Notes under the pieces: model-generated | What the model was told of the DNA's origin: nothing | The model's input: only the letters and a program-made list of their open reading frames with translations | The model's database searches: none | In this document: positions 62,201 to 64,000 of the stretch, one piece after another | Numbering within the stretch: position 1 is the first letter of the stretch | Layout: each line of letters starts with the position of its first letter | Program-made: the position numbers and the translations under genes | From: Octopus bimaculoides | Lineage: Eukaryota | Assembly (NCBI RefSeq): GCF_001194135.2 | Contig: NC_068989.1 | Coordinates: 15,612,874 to 15,676,873 of the forward strand | DNA length: 64,000 nt | Direction of reading: 5' to 3'

Positions 62201-62217
62201 AATAATAATAATAATAA

Positions 62218-62453
62218 CCCAAAATCGGAATTGACATGAGAGCAGAGCAAGCCAAAAAACTGCTCAGTTGGGGAGAGCTAGGAATTTGAGATTGGTACTT
62301 GGATATTGAATGTCTCCCACGATAATTAACAACCAAATATCAAAGGTTATAATATGCGGAAAGAGACCCTGTGAGACCTCTGACAGTAGGCTACCGTCCG
62401 TTCTCACAAAATCTGCCTGAGCAAACAAGACCGAGCGCTCTGAGAAGTAAAAC
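62218..62453 (+). mobile_element. 3' end of an R4/Dong-clade LINE within (TAA)n
   Basis: GIDMRAEQ-(frameshift)-KTAQLGRARNLRLVLGY* resembles the R4/Dong C-terminal QKTALLGTARILRKVL motif. (AAT)n on both sides. Confidence 0.75.
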
Positions 62454-63324
62454 AATAATAATAATAATAATAATAATGATGATAAGAAGGAGGATTATAT
62501 ATGTTCCGACCGATAGAATCTGAGGCTTAATATCACAAAATGCTCATTAATTAAAATAAGTTAGGATATTTAGAGTTATGACATACATCATTCTTGATGA
62601 TAAATGCGTAATATTCTGAGTAAAAAAAAACTAAACTAAATCACATAAGAAACATGAAAGTAACGATTTAATGCCAGGACAATCCTGTTTCTCCAAACTG
62701 AGCCTGGGACTTGTTTCGTTCGTTAACCTCAGCACACGTGGCAGTACAAATTTTACAGTGTTATCTTGTAAACACATCACAGCTTTTGATTAGCTGTCGT
62801 TTCAAACAAATCAAGATAGAAGATGGACGTAAGATAGTGAATTTGATATGGATAGAGATTTAGTTATTTCATCCTTTAAACGATTAACGAAATATATACC
62901 AGACAAATCAGTGTGATCGATGTAATCGATAAAAAGCCGTTTAAGGTGAAACCTTACCGTGCTCATCGACGAAAAACTGAAACTATTCAAAAAATAAACA
63001 GCAACAGAAAAAGCATTTGGAAACCACACTTTGTGGGTTTTGTAAATTGTCTTATGAATCATTTCTCTTTTTCTTTTGTTGTTTGGTTGTTTTACAAAAT
63101 GTCTCATGTACATAGATAGCCTATGTTCTCAATTTTCTTTTATATTGTAAGATGTAGAATGTTCTCTTTTTGTTAGTGTTTCTTTTCATACCAATCGACC
63201 AGTTGTTTAGATATGTCATACCCGATCGGTGGTGGCTTCGATCAAAAGTATTTCAGTTATAACCCCCTCGTTTTCCTTTCTTTCTTTCTTTCTTTATGTC
63301 ATTTTTCTTTCTTTTTTTCTACTC

Positions 63325-63720
63325 AGGGCTGTGTGGTTAAGATGTACATGTTTACAACCACGTCGTTTCGGGTTCACTCTCGAAGCATCTCACTTTCGGT
63401 GTTTTCTTCTGTTGCCATACCGATTAATTTGTGAGTGAATTTAGTACACGAAAACTGTATGGAAGCCCATCGTATATATAATATGTGTGTGCGTATCTTT
63501 ATGTTTATGTTTGTTCTTCACAACCACTTCACAACCGGTACTAGTTAGCCTACGTCCTCCGTAACTTAGTTGTTCAGCAAAAATGAACGATAGAATAAGT
63601 ACCAGACTTTAAACATGTATTACTGGGGAAGATTTGTTTGACTAAACTCTTCAAGGCGTTGCCTAAGCATGGCCGCAGTCCAATGGGTGAAACATGTAAA
63701 AGACATAAGATAAAAGATAC
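63325..63720 (+). mobile_element. SINE family B, full length, degenerate
   Basis: GGCTGTGTGGTTAAG head, GGAAGCCCATCGTATATAT, tail AAGCATGGCCGCAGTCCAATG. Confidence 0.82.
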
Positions 63721-64000
63721 ATCATATCCAGAACAACATTATCCATGGCGATATATGTGATTTTCGGGAGATTCAGCTTTTATTTTTAGCAGGTTGACCG
63801 AATCGAAAATACTACGGTTTTTACTTACTATCTTGCTTATCTCTATTTCGAGCTTCCCGAGATTCTTGTAGTTTGATTATCATTTTTACACTTTCTTCCT
63901 GACGATAATTTGGTCGGACGGAATAAAGATGTGTACCAGTGTATCATAGCAATGCCATTATCATAGATTATGAGACGGTTTGGTGCATCTGTTTTGGTGT

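Overview
AT-rich, gapped, repeat-saturated eukaryotic (metazoan) genomic DNA with no intact host protein-coding gene; most listed ORFs are microsatellite or N-gap artefacts. The SINE and microsatellite content looks like an octopus draft assembly (inference from recalled repeat sequences, not a search). It contains four tRNA-headed SINE families, labelled here A-D, in dozens of copies, plus two unclassified repeat families (E, F). It also holds degenerate LINE fragments (two divergent L1/Tx1-type, RTE/BovB, R4/Dong, CR1-like), two mariner relics, Penelope-type terminal repeats with hammerhead-like motifs, minisatellites and many microsatellites. The strongest observation: two highly divergent Tx1-type LINEs (6767+ and 54422-) both begin, in the same orientation, 59-63 nt into a copy of the same SINE (family C), between its A and B boxes. 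This suggests a sequence-specific retrotransposon lineage that targets a SINE. The 3' junctions needed to prove it are missing from this window. All alignments and translations were done by eye.
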